From an uncultured Pseudomonadota bacterium (lineage in GTDB: Bacteria > Myxococcota_A > Polyangia > Fen-1088): 64,000 bases of DNA. The stretch lies in assembly GCA_963847705.1 (NCBI GenBank), contig CAWKBC010000027.1:736001-800000 (forward strand), given 5' to 3'. Below, piece by piece: positions 18,495-27,450 of this stretch (position 1 is its first letter; every line of letters starts with the position of its first letter). The notes beneath the pieces were generated by a model that saw only the letters and a list, made by a program, of their open reading frames with translations, had not been told where the DNA came from and did no database searches. The position numbers were made by a program, and so were the translations under genes.

Positions 18495-20705
18495 CTAGCG
18501 CGGGCGCTCTTCGAAGGCGACCAGCTTCCCCCGCAGCTCCTCGAACAGCTTGGCGTCGGCGGGGTTGGCGGCCAGGTTGTCCTTCTCCCCCGGATCGCGT
18601 TTGAGGTCGTAGAGCTCCCAGCGCCGATCGCTGATGCGGTGAATGAGCTTGTGGTCGCCGTCCACCATCATCGCGGCCTGGTGCGGCCAGGCGGTGGCCG
18701 GCATCTGCTCGGCGAAGATGGGAACCGCCGGCAGCGGTTTCCCCTCGATGAGGGGCATGAGGCTCCGCCCGCGCATCGCCGCCGGGATCGGGGCACCCAC
18801 CAGATCGAGCAGCGTCGGCGCCACGTCGACCAGCTCGACCTCGTCGTTGATCACCCGCGGGGTCTGCCCGGGGATGGCGATGATGAGCGGGACCCGGGTC
18901 TGCTCGTCGAAGAGGTCGGTGCCGTGGAAGTACTGCTTGTGCTCGCCCCAGGCCTCCCCGTGGTCGGCGCACATGATGATGGCCGTGTTCTTGTCGAGCC
19001 CCAGCGCCTTGACCTCGTCGAACAGCTTCTTCACCCAGAGATCGGTGAAGGCGATCTCGTAGTCGTACTTCTCCATCAGACCCGGGACGCCCGACAGCGA
19101 GGTGGGGAACTCCTTGTGCGTCATGTACGACGAGTGCGGCTCGAACAGGTGGGTCCAGAGCACGAAACGTTCGTGCTTGGCGGCCGCCGTCTTGAGCCGC
19201 TCGATCACCCGCGGCACGATCCGCGGCGAGGCGCTGTCCTTGTTCGACTCGGCGATGGTGCCGGCGCCGTCGTCGGACCACTCGGCGAACCCCCGGCTGA
19301 TCCCGCGATCGGCCGTGAAATAGAAGTGCGAGAAGATCCCGATCGGTTTGAGGCCGGTGGCCGCCAGCACCTGGAAGACCGTCTGGTTCGCGGGCAGGAG
19401 GTTGGGGTAGTTCACGGTCGGCTTGTCGAAGGCGATGTCGGTCGGATAGCGGCCGGTGATGATCGACGGGAACGAGCGCGGCGTGTTCGGCGCTTGCGAC
19501 CAGACGCGCCGGAAGTAGGCCCCGCGGTCGGCCAGTGCGTCGAGCGTCGGCGTCAACGAATGTCCAGGCGGGCGGCTGTACCCCGCGACCCCCAGCCGAT
19601 CGCCGCGAAAGGCGTCGATGGTGACGATGAGGATGTTCCCCTTCCAACCATCGTCGCGCGGCTTGATCGGCGCCAGCGGCGCGCCATCCGGCGGGGCGCT
19701 GCCTGCGCCGGCCGGCTTCGACAGCGCGGCCACCGGCTGGGCGTCTCCCCCTTCGCAATCTTGATCGATGCCGTCGCCGGGGATGTCCTCGGCGCCCGGG
19801 TAGACATCGGCGCGCGTGTCGTCGCAGTCTCCGCCGCCGAACCGGGCGGAGAAACCGTCGCCGTCGCGATCGGTCAGATGGCGCCCCGTCGCCAGCAGAG
19901 CGCGCAGCCCCCAGGCGTGGTCAGCGACCGCTTCGAACGCGGGCGAGCCTTCGGGCAGTCCGGCGCCCGCCGCCAGGCCGACGGCCGCGGCGACGGCCAG
20001 CCCGAGCGGCAGCCCCAGGCCGAGCGCCGCGGGAAGGCGCGCGCGCAGCGCCCGGCCCGGCCGCGATCCGTACCAGAAGAGGCCATGCGCGAGGCCGAGC
20101 GCGGTGGCCGCGGCAATCGCATAGAGCGGCCCGAGGTCGAGCACCCGCCAGTCGGCGCGGGACAGCGCGAACACGAAGGCCAGCACCGCCGCCGCGGCCA
20201 GCGCCGACAGCAGGAGACCGGTCGCGCCGAGCGCACGCGGGCGGGGGAGGGCGTGGGCCAGCCGGCGCAAGAGGGGGAGCGCCGCGATCGCCACCGCGGC
20301 CCCGGGCAGCGCGCCGATGGCCACCAACCCCGCCGCGGCGATGGTCGCCAGCTTCTGGCTGGCCATCTTTCCGACCAGCATCTTCTGGCCGAGCGCCGCC
20401 ACGAGAGCGATGACCACCACCGCCGCCAGCGCCGCCAGGACACCCGCCGCCACGGCGCGGTCCCGCTGGGGCTCGTCGCGCAGGGGACCCCATCCGGCAG
20501 GACGAGCGCCGGCGATGGCCCCCACGACCAGCTCGGCGGCCAGGCCGCAGAGAATCGCCGCCGTGCCGTAAAACCCGAGCGTCAGGGCCAGGACGCCGGT
20601 CGCGCCGCCGTGACCCGCCGTCAACAGAAGGTCGACCAGGCCGGCGCCGCAGATCCCGGCCAGGACCGAAGCTCCGACAGGGCGCCGCAGACTGGGGATT
20701 TTCAT
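18495..20705 (-). CDS. membrane-anchored sulfatase/alkaline-phosphatase-superfamily protein with Asp/Cys-rich metal-binding repeat
   Basis: Multi-TM N-terminus; DRDGDG..GDCDD..YPGAEDIPGDGIDQDC; ILIVTIDAFRGD, APNTPRS, EPH, ADHGE, WELYDL..DPGE. Confidence 0.85.
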   Translation of the reverse strand: MKIPSLRRPVGASVLAGICGAGLVDLLLTAGHGGATGVLALTLGFYGTAAILCGLAAELVVGAIAGARPAGWGPLRDEPQRDRAVAAGVLAALAAVVVIALVAALGQKMLVGKMASQKLATIAAAGLVAIGALPGAAVAIAALPLLRRLAHALPRPRALGATGLLLSALAAAAVLAFVFALSRADWRVLDLGPLYAIAAATALGLAHGLFWYGSRPGRALRARLPAALGLGLPLGLAVAAAVGLAAGAGLPEGSPAFEAVADHAWGLRALLATGRHLTDRDGDGFSARFGGGDCDDTRADVYPGAEDIPGDGIDQDCEGGDAQPVAALSKPAGAGSAPPDGAPLAPIKPRDDGWKGNILIVTIDAFRGDRLGVAGYSRPPGHSLTPTLDALADRGAYFRRVWSQAPNTPRSFPSIITGRYPTDIAFDKPTVNYPNLLPANQTVFQVLAATGLKPIGIFSHFYFTADRGISRGFAEWSDDGAGTIAESNKDSASPRIVPRVIERLKTAAAKHERFVLWTHLFEPHSSYMTHKEFPTSLSGVPGLMEKYDYEIAFTDLWVKKLFDEVKALGLDKNTAIIMCADHGEAWGEHKQYFHGTDLFDEQTRVPLIIAIPGQTPRVINDEVELVDVAPTLLDLVGAPIPAAMRGRSLMPLIEGKPLPAVPIFAEQMPATAWPHQAAMMVDGDHKLIHRISDRRWELYDLKRDPGEKDNLAANPADAKLFEELRGKLVAFEERPR

Positions 20706-20782
20706 CCGGATCTTAGCCAGCTAGCACGCGGCGGGACGGCATACAACTTAACCGCAGTTTCGCTCCGCCGCGCGAAGCCTCC

Positions 20783-20810
20783 TTGACGGCCATGCGCGAA
20801 TCGGGATACT
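20783..20810 (+). promoter_or_regulatory. sigma70-like promoter, likely leaderless transcript
   Basis: TTGACG-N16-GATACT, ending 8 nt before ATG 20819. Confidence 0.5.
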
Positions 20811-20818
20811 GCCACCGC

Positions 20819-20977
20819 ATGGGACGACGGGACAATCGGAAGTCGATGAAAATGCGCCGCCGCACACGGCAGAAGAAGCTGAAGGCGCGCATCGCCAAGA
20901 AGAAGACGGTCGGCAAGGAGAAGGCCGCCGCCACCGCGAAGCCGGCCAAGAAGAAGGCCGCCGCGCCGAAGAAATAG
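20819..20977 (+). CDS. small very basic protein (52 aa)
   Basis: MGRRDNRKSMKMRRRTRQKKLKARIAKKK...; strong AAG/GCC codon bias; promoter upstream. Confidence 0.7.
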   Translation: MGRRDNRKSMKMRRRTRQKKLKARIAKKKTVGKEKAAATAKPAKKKAAAPKK

Positions 20978-21018
20978 TCCAAGGACTACGATAGGGGGCG
21001 GGTCGGACCCGCACACTC

Positions 21019-23709
21019 TTGCAAGCCGCCGCGCCCACCGCGCTGATGCGCCAGTACCTCGACGTGAAGTCGCGGTATCCGGACGCCATCGTGCTGTTCA
21101 GGTTGGGCGACTTCTACGAGATGTTCTATGACGACGCCGTCTACGCGGCGCGCGTCCTCGATCTGACCCTCACCACGCGCGACAAGGGGAAGGAGGATCC
21201 GGTCCCCATGTGCGGGGTCCCGCACCACGCGGTCCGGAGCTACCTCGGCAAGCTGACCGACCTCGGCCATCGGGTCGCGCTCTGCGAGCAGCTCGAGGAC
21301 CCGAAGGTGGCGCGCGGGATCGTCAAGCGCGACGTCGTCCGGGTCATCACGCCGGGCGTGGTGCTGGACGAGGAGTCGCTCGATCCGCGCGCGCCCAGCT
21401 ACGTGGCGGCCGCGGTGGGCGAAGCGCGCGGCGGCTACGGGTTCGCCTTCCTCGACGTCACCACGGGCGAGTTTCGGGCCACCGAGGCGCCCAGCGCCGA
21501 CGTGCTTCTGGAGGAGATCGGCCGCGTCGCGCCGCGCGAGCTGGTGCTCGGGCGCAGCGAAGCCGATCGCGCGCTCGGCGAGGCGCTCCGCCCTGGTTTT
21601 CCGCGGCTGCCGCGCGCGGCCGTCGACGACGGCGATCCGGCGGTCGAGCTGCCGCGCGCCTTGGGCGCGGCGTTCGACGCCACGCTCCTCCCGCGCCTGC
21701 CCCGGGCGGCGGCGGCCGCGGCGGCGGTGCTGCGCTACGCCCGCGCCACCCAGCCGGGCGCCGAGCTGCCGCTCTGCGGCCTGCAGATCTACACGCGCAC
21801 CGACTCGCTCATCATCGACGAGCAGGCGCGCGCGCACCTCGAGCTGGTGGAGTCGCTGCAGGATCGCCGGCGCGCCGGGTCGCTCATCGATCTGCTCGAC
21901 GAGACGCGCACCGCGATGGGGGGCCGGCTGCTTCGACGCTGGCTGCTCTTTCCCTCGGTCGAGCTGGCCACGATCCGCCGCCGCCACGACGCGGTCGAGC
22001 GGCTGGTCGGCGCGCACGCGGCCCGCGATCGGGCCCGCAAGCAGCTCGACGGGATCGCCGACATCGAGCGGCTGGTGGGCCGCGCGCGGCTCGGCGTGGC
22101 GACGCCCGCGCGATCTGGCGGTGCTGGGACGCTCGCTGGCGGCGCTGCCGGCGCTCGCCGAGGCGCTCGCCGAGGCGCACGCCGGCGAGATCAGCGGCTC
22201 GGTGGCCGGCGAGACCGATCTGCTGCGCCTCGGCGGCGACGACGGCGACGACGAGCTGCGGCCGGCGCGCTGGCGGCCGAGCTGGTGCGGGTCCTCCGCC
22301 CGGACGCGCCGGCGCTCACCAAGGACGGCGGCTACGTCAACCCGGGCGTCTCGGCCGAGCTCGACGAGCTGGTCGACATCGCCTCCGGCGGGCGCAGCCG
22401 CATCGCCGCCATCGAGGCGCGCGAGCGCGAGCGAACCGGCATCCCGTCGCTGAAGATCAAGTTCAACAACGTCTTCGGCTACTACATCGAGATCACGCGC
22501 TCGCACCTCGCCGCCGTCCCCGCCGACTACCGCCGCAAGCAGACCGTCGCCAACGCCGAGCGCTTCGTCACCACCGAGCTGGCCGAATTCGAGGCGACCG
22601 TGCTCTCGGCCGACGAGCGACGGATCGCCATGGAGCTGGCGCTGTTCACCGAGCTGCGCGCGCGGGTCGCCGGCCAGGCGGAGCGCCTGCTGGCGCTGGG
22701 CGCGCGCGTCGCCGCCGCCGACACGCTGGCGGCGCTGGCCGAGGTGGCGCACCGCAACGGCTACTGCCGGCCGCTGGTCGACGACGGCGGCGTGATCGAC
22801 CTGGCGGACGCCCGCCACCCGGTGGTCGAGCGGCTGGCGGCGGCGGGCAGCTTCGTCCCCAACGACGTTCGCCTCGATCCGGCGGCCGAGCAGATCCTGA
22901 TCGTCAGCGGCCCCAACATGGCCGGCAAGTCGACGCTGATGCGGCAGGTGGCGCTGGCGGTGATCCAGGCGCAGATGGGCGGCTTCGTGGCGGCGCGCGC
23001 CGCGCGCATCGGCCTCTGCGATCGGATCTTCACCCGCGTCGGCGCCGGCGACAACCTGGCCCGCGGCGAGTCGACCTTCATGGTCGAGATGCGCGAGACC
23101 GCGCAGATCCTCCGCCACGCCACTGCGCGCAGCCTGATCGTTCTCGACGAGATCGGGCGCGGCACGTCGACCTACGACGGCGTCTCGATCGCCTGGGCGG
23201 TGGCCGAGCACATCCATGACCAGATCGGCGCCAAGACGCTGTTCGCCACCCACTACCACGAGCTGGCGGCGCTGGCGGCCCAGCACCCGCGGGTCCGCAA
23301 CGTCAGCGTCGCCGCGCGCGAGTGGAAGGGGGAGGTGGTCTTCCTGCGCAAGCTGCAAGCGGGGGGGACCAGCCGCTCGTTCGGGGTCGAGGTGGCCAAG
23401 CTGGCCGGGCTGCCGCCCAACGTGGTGGCGCGCGCCCGGGCCATTCTTCGGACGCTGGAGGCGCCGGGGGCCGGGGGCGCCACGGCCGATCTGCCGCGCC
23501 CCGTGGTTCCCGGCGCCGCCGAGGCCGGCGTGAGCCAGCTCGGCCTCTTCACGCCCGCCCCGGTGCCGGCGCTGGCCCGGGCGCCCGAGGACGCGGCGCT
23601 GCAGGAGCTCCTCGACCGCTTGCGCGCCCTCGATCCGGACGAGCTGTCGCCCCGGGCCGCCCACGACCTCCTGTCCGAGCTGGTGAGAAAGTTGACGGCA
23701 CAGCCTTAG
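21019..23709 (+). CDS. mutS: DNA mismatch repair protein MutS (two compensating indels near 22105-22265)
   Basis: LFRLGDFYEMF, PMCGVP, SGPNMAGKST, STFMVEM, LDEIGRGTST, FATHYHEL; the expected TPRDLAVLGRSL segment is in the alternate frame. Confidence 0.95.
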   Translation: MQAAAPTALMRQYLDVKSRYPDAIVLFRLGDFYEMFYDDAVYAARVLDLTLTTRDKGKEDPVPMCGVPHHAVRSYLGKLTDLGHRVALCEQLEDPKVARGIVKRDVVRVITPGVVLDEESLDPRAPSYVAAAVGEARGGYGFAFLDVTTGEFRATEAPSADVLLEEIGRVAPRELVLGRSEADRALGEALRPGFPRLPRAAVDDGDPAVELPRALGAAFDATLLPRLPRAAAAAAAVLRYARATQPGAELPLCGLQIYTRTDSLIIDEQARAHLELVESLQDRRRAGSLIDLLDETRTAMGGRLLRRWLLFPSVELATIRRRHDAVERLVGAHAARDRARKQLDGIADIERLVGRARLGVATPARSGGAGTLAGGAAGARRGARRGARRRDQRLGGRRDRSAAPRRRRRRRRAAAGALAAELVRVLRPDAPALTKDGGYVNPGVSAELDELVDIASGGRSRIAAIEARERERTGIPSLKIKFNNVFGYYIEITRSHLAAVPADYRRKQTVANAERFVTTELAEFEATVLSADERRIAMELALFTELRARVAGQAERLLALGARVAAADTLAALAEVAHRNGYCRPLVDDGGVIDLADARHPVVERLAAAGSFVPNDVRLDPAAEQILIVSGPNMAGKSTLMRQVALAVIQAQMGGFVAARAARIGLCDRIFTRVGAGDNLARGESTFMVEMRETAQILRHATARSLIVLDEIGRGTSTYDGVSIAWAVAEHIHDQIGAKTLFATHYHELAALAAQHPRVRNVSVAAREWKGEVVFLRKLQAGGTSRSFGVEVAKLAGLPPNVVARARAILRTLEAPGAGGATADLPRPVVPGAAEAGVSQLGLFTPAPVPALARAPEDAALQELLDRLRALDPDELSPRAAHDLLSELVRKLTAQP

Positions 23710-23776
23710 CGCCGTTTTGATGATTTTGATGGCCGCGTCGCTCATGCTGAAGAGGGCCCTGGCCGCCCGACGCACG

Positions 23777-24607
23777 ATGTTGAAGCCCCTTCGCTCCACG
23801 GCCCTCGCGCTCCTCTCGACCTTCGCGCTGCTGGCGCTCGGTCCGACGCGCGCCCAGGCCGCCACCACCAAGCCGCCGTCGGCCCTCCGCGGGACCAGTC
23901 TGGCGACCAGGCCCGCGAGCAAATCTGCGTCGAGGCCAGGCAAGAAGAACGCCAAGAAGGTCCCCAAGAACGCGCCGGTGGTCCTCTATCAAATCAATCG
24001 GCGGGAGACGATGGCGCTGCGGCTGCGCGACGGCAAAGGGCGTCCGGTGAAGGGGATGCAGCGCCGCTTCGATCACTTCCTGCGCTGCCACTACACCAAC
24101 GTCGAGCACAAGATGGATCCGCGCCTGATGAAGCTGCTCTTCCAGACGGGGCACCACTGGCCCGGGCGGCGGCTGGAGGTGGTCTCCGGCTACCGGCACC
24201 CCGACGTGGCGAAGAACCCCCACAGCCCACACATGAAGGGGCTGGCCTGCGACTTTCGGGTGGAGGGGGTGAAGACGGCCGAGCTGCGCGACTACCTGCG
24301 GCACACGTTCGACAAGGTGGGCGTGGGCTACTACCCGAACTCCAGCTTCGTTCACCTCGACGTGCGCAAGGATCGGTCGGCGTTCTGGATCGACTACTCC
24401 GGTCCGGGCGAGCGGGCCGTCTATTCGGCGACGCCCGATCAGGATCTCAAGAACGGGCGCGCCGACAGCTATCACCCGACCAAGATCGACGACGCCTGGG
24501 TCCAAGACCCGGGGCCAAATTCGGCGGACGCTCCGGCGGAAGGTCCGGCCATGGACGGACGAGCTGCGCCTTCCCCCGACTCCGAGAAAGAGCAAGAAAC
24601 CCCGTGA
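23777..24607 (+). CDS. DUF882/YcbK-like peptidase M15A (peptidoglycan endopeptidase)
   Basis: Signal peptide; MDPRL, VVSGYR, SPHMKGLACDF (H-x6-D), GVGYYP..SFVHLDVR. Confidence 0.88.
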   Translation: MLKPLRSTALALLSTFALLALGPTRAQAATTKPPSALRGTSLATRPASKSASRPGKKNAKKVPKNAPVVLYQINRRETMALRLRDGKGRPVKGMQRRFDHFLRCHYTNVEHKMDPRLMKLLFQTGHHWPGRRLEVVSGYRHPDVAKNPHSPHMKGLACDFRVEGVKTAELRDYLRHTFDKVGVGYYPNSSFVHLDVRKDRSAFWIDYSGPGERAVYSATPDQDLKNGRADSYHPTKIDDAWVQDPGPNSADAPAEGPAMDGRAAPSPDSEKEQETP

Positions 24608-24683
24608 TTGAGGCCGGAATTTCTGTGATAACTTCCGGATTCCTCCGGCGGGCGCCGCCGGTACGGTCACGAGGAGGCCCCCG

Positions 24684-25742
24684 ATGAGAATCACTGGTGC
24701 TTTTGTGCTGGCTCTATCGCTCGGCGTTGCCGCGGTGGGCGCGGGCACGCCGAGTCATGCCGCCAAGGCCAAAGGCAAGAAGAAGGGTGGAGAGGGGAGC
24801 GCGCCCACGGCCAGCGCAAAGGAGGTCGACAAGCTGAAGGCGGTGCGTCTCGGCGATCCCGATGCCGGGACCTTCAAGTGGGGGATGAAGCCCGAAGAGG
24901 TGGTGGCCGCGGTGCGCATCTCCGTCGAGGGGAAGTACAAGAAGCGGATCGAAGAGGCGTCGCAGGATCCCGGCAAGCAGCAGCGGGTCCGTGACGAGAT
25001 GACCCGCGAGATCAACACCGTCAAGAAGAGCTACACCAAGTTCGAGGGGCAGAAGAGCGGCTGGGACGTCTCCATCGTCGGTCCCGAGTTCGAGCAGGGG
25101 ACCTCGGAGGCGGTGCTGGTGACCAAGGAAGACGCCTGGACCCGCTACTTCTTCTTCTTCGAGGACGGCCTCTACAAGATGTACCTGGCGTTCAACAAGG
25201 ACGCCCTGCAGGGGAAGTCGTTCACGGACTTCGGAAAGAGCATGGAGGCTCGCTACGGCAACGCCAAGGCGGTCTACCGTGACGACAAGACCAAGGGTGG
25301 CATCAACCACGTGCTCGATCACTTCGCCTGGAACGCCGGTCCCGACCGCCTGAAGCTGGTCGACCGGTCCGAGTTCTATGGTGTCTACTGCCTGGTGCTC
25401 TACGATCAGGCGACGCACGAGCGCGTCGTCGACAAGCGCAAGATCGTCAACCCCGGCACCGTCGAGAGGGACGAGCTGGTCGAGTCGATCGCCAACAACC
25501 GCGGCAAGGAAAGCAACGACGAGAACGACGACATCATCGATCGCGTCGTCGGCCACGAGACCAAGAAGCCGGGGACCGAAGAGCACGCCGACATCGTCGT
25601 GCCGTCCACCTCGGGCAAGGCGGTCAGCCCCGCGGAGGTGAATTCCAAGGGCTCGTCGAGCGGGAGCTCCTCCTCCTCGGAGAGCAGCAAGAAGAAGGCG
25701 TCCAAGAAGTCGAACGATCCGATGGACGGGCTCGAGCTCTAG
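24684..25742 (+). CDS. secreted hypothetical protein
   Basis: GAGGAGG RBS, signal peptide, strongly biased codon usage. Confidence 0.75.
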   Translation: MRITGAFVLALSLGVAAVGAGTPSHAAKAKGKKKGGEGSAPTASAKEVDKLKAVRLGDPDAGTFKWGMKPEEVVAAVRISVEGKYKKRIEEASQDPGKQQRVRDEMTREINTVKKSYTKFEGQKSGWDVSIVGPEFEQGTSEAVLVTKEDAWTRYFFFFEDGLYKMYLAFNKDALQGKSFTDFGKSMEARYGNAKAVYRDDKTKGGINHVLDHFAWNAGPDRLKLVDRSEFYGVYCLVLYDQATHERVVDKRKIVNPGTVERDELVESIANNRGKESNDENDDIIDRVVGHETKKPGTEEHADIVVPSTSGKAVSPAEVNSKGSSSGSSSSSESSKKKASKKSNDPMDGLEL

Positions 25743-25746
25743 TGAT

Positions 25747-27441
25747 GTGACGCGCGCGGCGGTTGCGATTGCGAGCCTCTCTCTCCTCGGCGCCCTGCCC
25801 GCGTCCGCCGCGGACGGGGCCCCTTGCACCGTCCTCAACTACACGTTCCAGCCTGACTGCTTTCGCGCGGCGGGTGACGCCACCTGCGTCTTCGATCCGA
25901 GCCACCCGGACTTCGGGCCGCAAATCGCGGTGTGGCTCGAGAGCGCCGACGGGACGCAGTTCGTCGACACGCTGATGGTCACGAACGCGGTGGCGTTCCA
26001 CGGCATCGGCAACCGCCCCGGGACCTGGAACATGCTCTCCGGGCCGCGTTTTCCCTACGGCCGGCGGCCGATGGCGCTGCCGATCTGGGCTCACGCGCGG
26101 GGCCACCTCTACCCGTTCGTGGCGATGAACGACGGGATGGAGGATGAGCTCGCGAACCACGAAGACACCTCGTCCCCCGAGCCCTACTTCTGCCGGCCCA
26201 TGGCGCTCGGGGAGATCGTCGACGCGGTGACCTGTCCGAGCGGCCAGTTCCGGAGCGCCAAGGGGCTGCTCGACGCCACCCAGCCGCAGTCCTACTACCC
26301 GCCGCGCGCCGACCTCTTCAACTTCGGGGGCGCGCCCTGCATCGCGCGGATCGGCGACCCCACCTCCTGCGATCCGGGCGACTCTGCTCAGTACTTCGCG
26401 CTCGACGACGTCGACGTGGTGGCGGCGGCGACGCCCCCCTACGGCGCGCCGTACACCGGGAGCTGGATCGTCCCTGCCGATCTTCCCGCCGGCGACTACG
26501 CGCTCGCCGTCGAGGTGAGCAAGGAGTTCGACACCAACGCCGCCAACAGCTACCCCAACGAGGTGACGGCAACGGACATGGAGTTCTACAGCGCCGACGG
26601 ACAGCACGGGAACGTGGGCCAGCCGTCGGTTCTGTTTCGGCTCCCGTTCACCCTGGGAAGCGCTGCCGGTGGTGCCTCCGCCAGCGACATCGTGGGCTAT
26701 GGAGACTGGAGCGGGGTGACCGGCGACGTCACGCCGCCCGACGACACGATCAGCAGCGACCCCGGCAGCGGGGTGGGGCGCCTCTTGCTCCTCGACAGCG
26801 GCGCCAACGGCCCAGCGCGCGTGTCGCTCACCCTCGGTGCCTGTTCGTCCGTCGACTGCTCGGCCACGCCCACGCCGGTTCCACGGCCCGTCTCGTTCAC
26901 GGCCGCCGCGACCTCGAACGGGACCGGCGCCACGCTTCAGGTCTTGCAGTCGAGCGAACTGGGTGGCCAGCCGGTCGTCGGCTATGACGTGCGCTACGCC
27001 ATCCTTCCGGCGAGCGCGGCGATCGACGCGTCGGCGTTCTCGGCCTGGACCCCGGCGGCGGGGCTGACGACCGCCGCACCGGGGACCTCGAGCTCCGTCG
27101 AGCTCAAGGGGTTGACCCCCCAGTCCATTTACGGCGTGGGGGTGAGCGCGATCGGCGTTTGTGGCAGCTCGCCGCCAACCTTCCAGACCTTCAGCACGCC
27201 CGCGCTCCCGTTTACCAAGCTCTCCGGTTGCTTCATCGCGACGGCGGCCTTTGGTTCCGACCTCGCACCGGAGGTGGCCACCCTGCGCGCGCTGCGCGAC
27301 GCCGCCACGTCCCGGAGCGCGCTGGCTGCGGCGGCCGTCGACCTCTATTACCGGTCGTCGCCGCCGCTGGCCCGGTCCCTGGCGCGCTCGGGGGTCAGCC
27401 GCGCGCTGGTCCGGGCGGCGCTCCGCTCAATGACCCGCTAG
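25747..27441 (+). CDS. secreted protein with FN3-like domain and C-terminal CFI-box-CTERM motif
   Basis: Signal peptide; VVGYDVRY..LKGLTPQSIYGVGVSA (FN3-like); GCFIATAAFGS..EVATLRALRD..VDLYYRSSPPLA. Confidence 0.78.
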   Translation: MTRAAVAIASLSLLGALPASAADGAPCTVLNYTFQPDCFRAAGDATCVFDPSHPDFGPQIAVWLESADGTQFVDTLMVTNAVAFHGIGNRPGTWNMLSGPRFPYGRRPMALPIWAHARGHLYPFVAMNDGMEDELANHEDTSSPEPYFCRPMALGEIVDAVTCPSGQFRSAKGLLDATQPQSYYPPRADLFNFGGAPCIARIGDPTSCDPGDSAQYFALDDVDVVAAATPPYGAPYTGSWIVPADLPAGDYALAVEVSKEFDTNAANSYPNEVTATDMEFYSADGQHGNVGQPSVLFRLPFTLGSAAGGASASDIVGYGDWSGVTGDVTPPDDTISSDPGSGVGRLLLLDSGANGPARVSLTLGACSSVDCSATPTPVPRPVSFTAAATSNGTGATLQVLQSSELGGQPVVGYDVRYAILPASAAIDASAFSAWTPAAGLTTAAPGTSSSVELKGLTPQSIYGVGVSAIGVCGSSPPTFQTFSTPALPFTKLSGCFIATAAFGSDLAPEVATLRALRDAATSRSALAAAAVDLYYRSSPPLARSLARSGVSRALVRAALRSMTR

Positions 27442-27450
27442 CCTGCGTTG

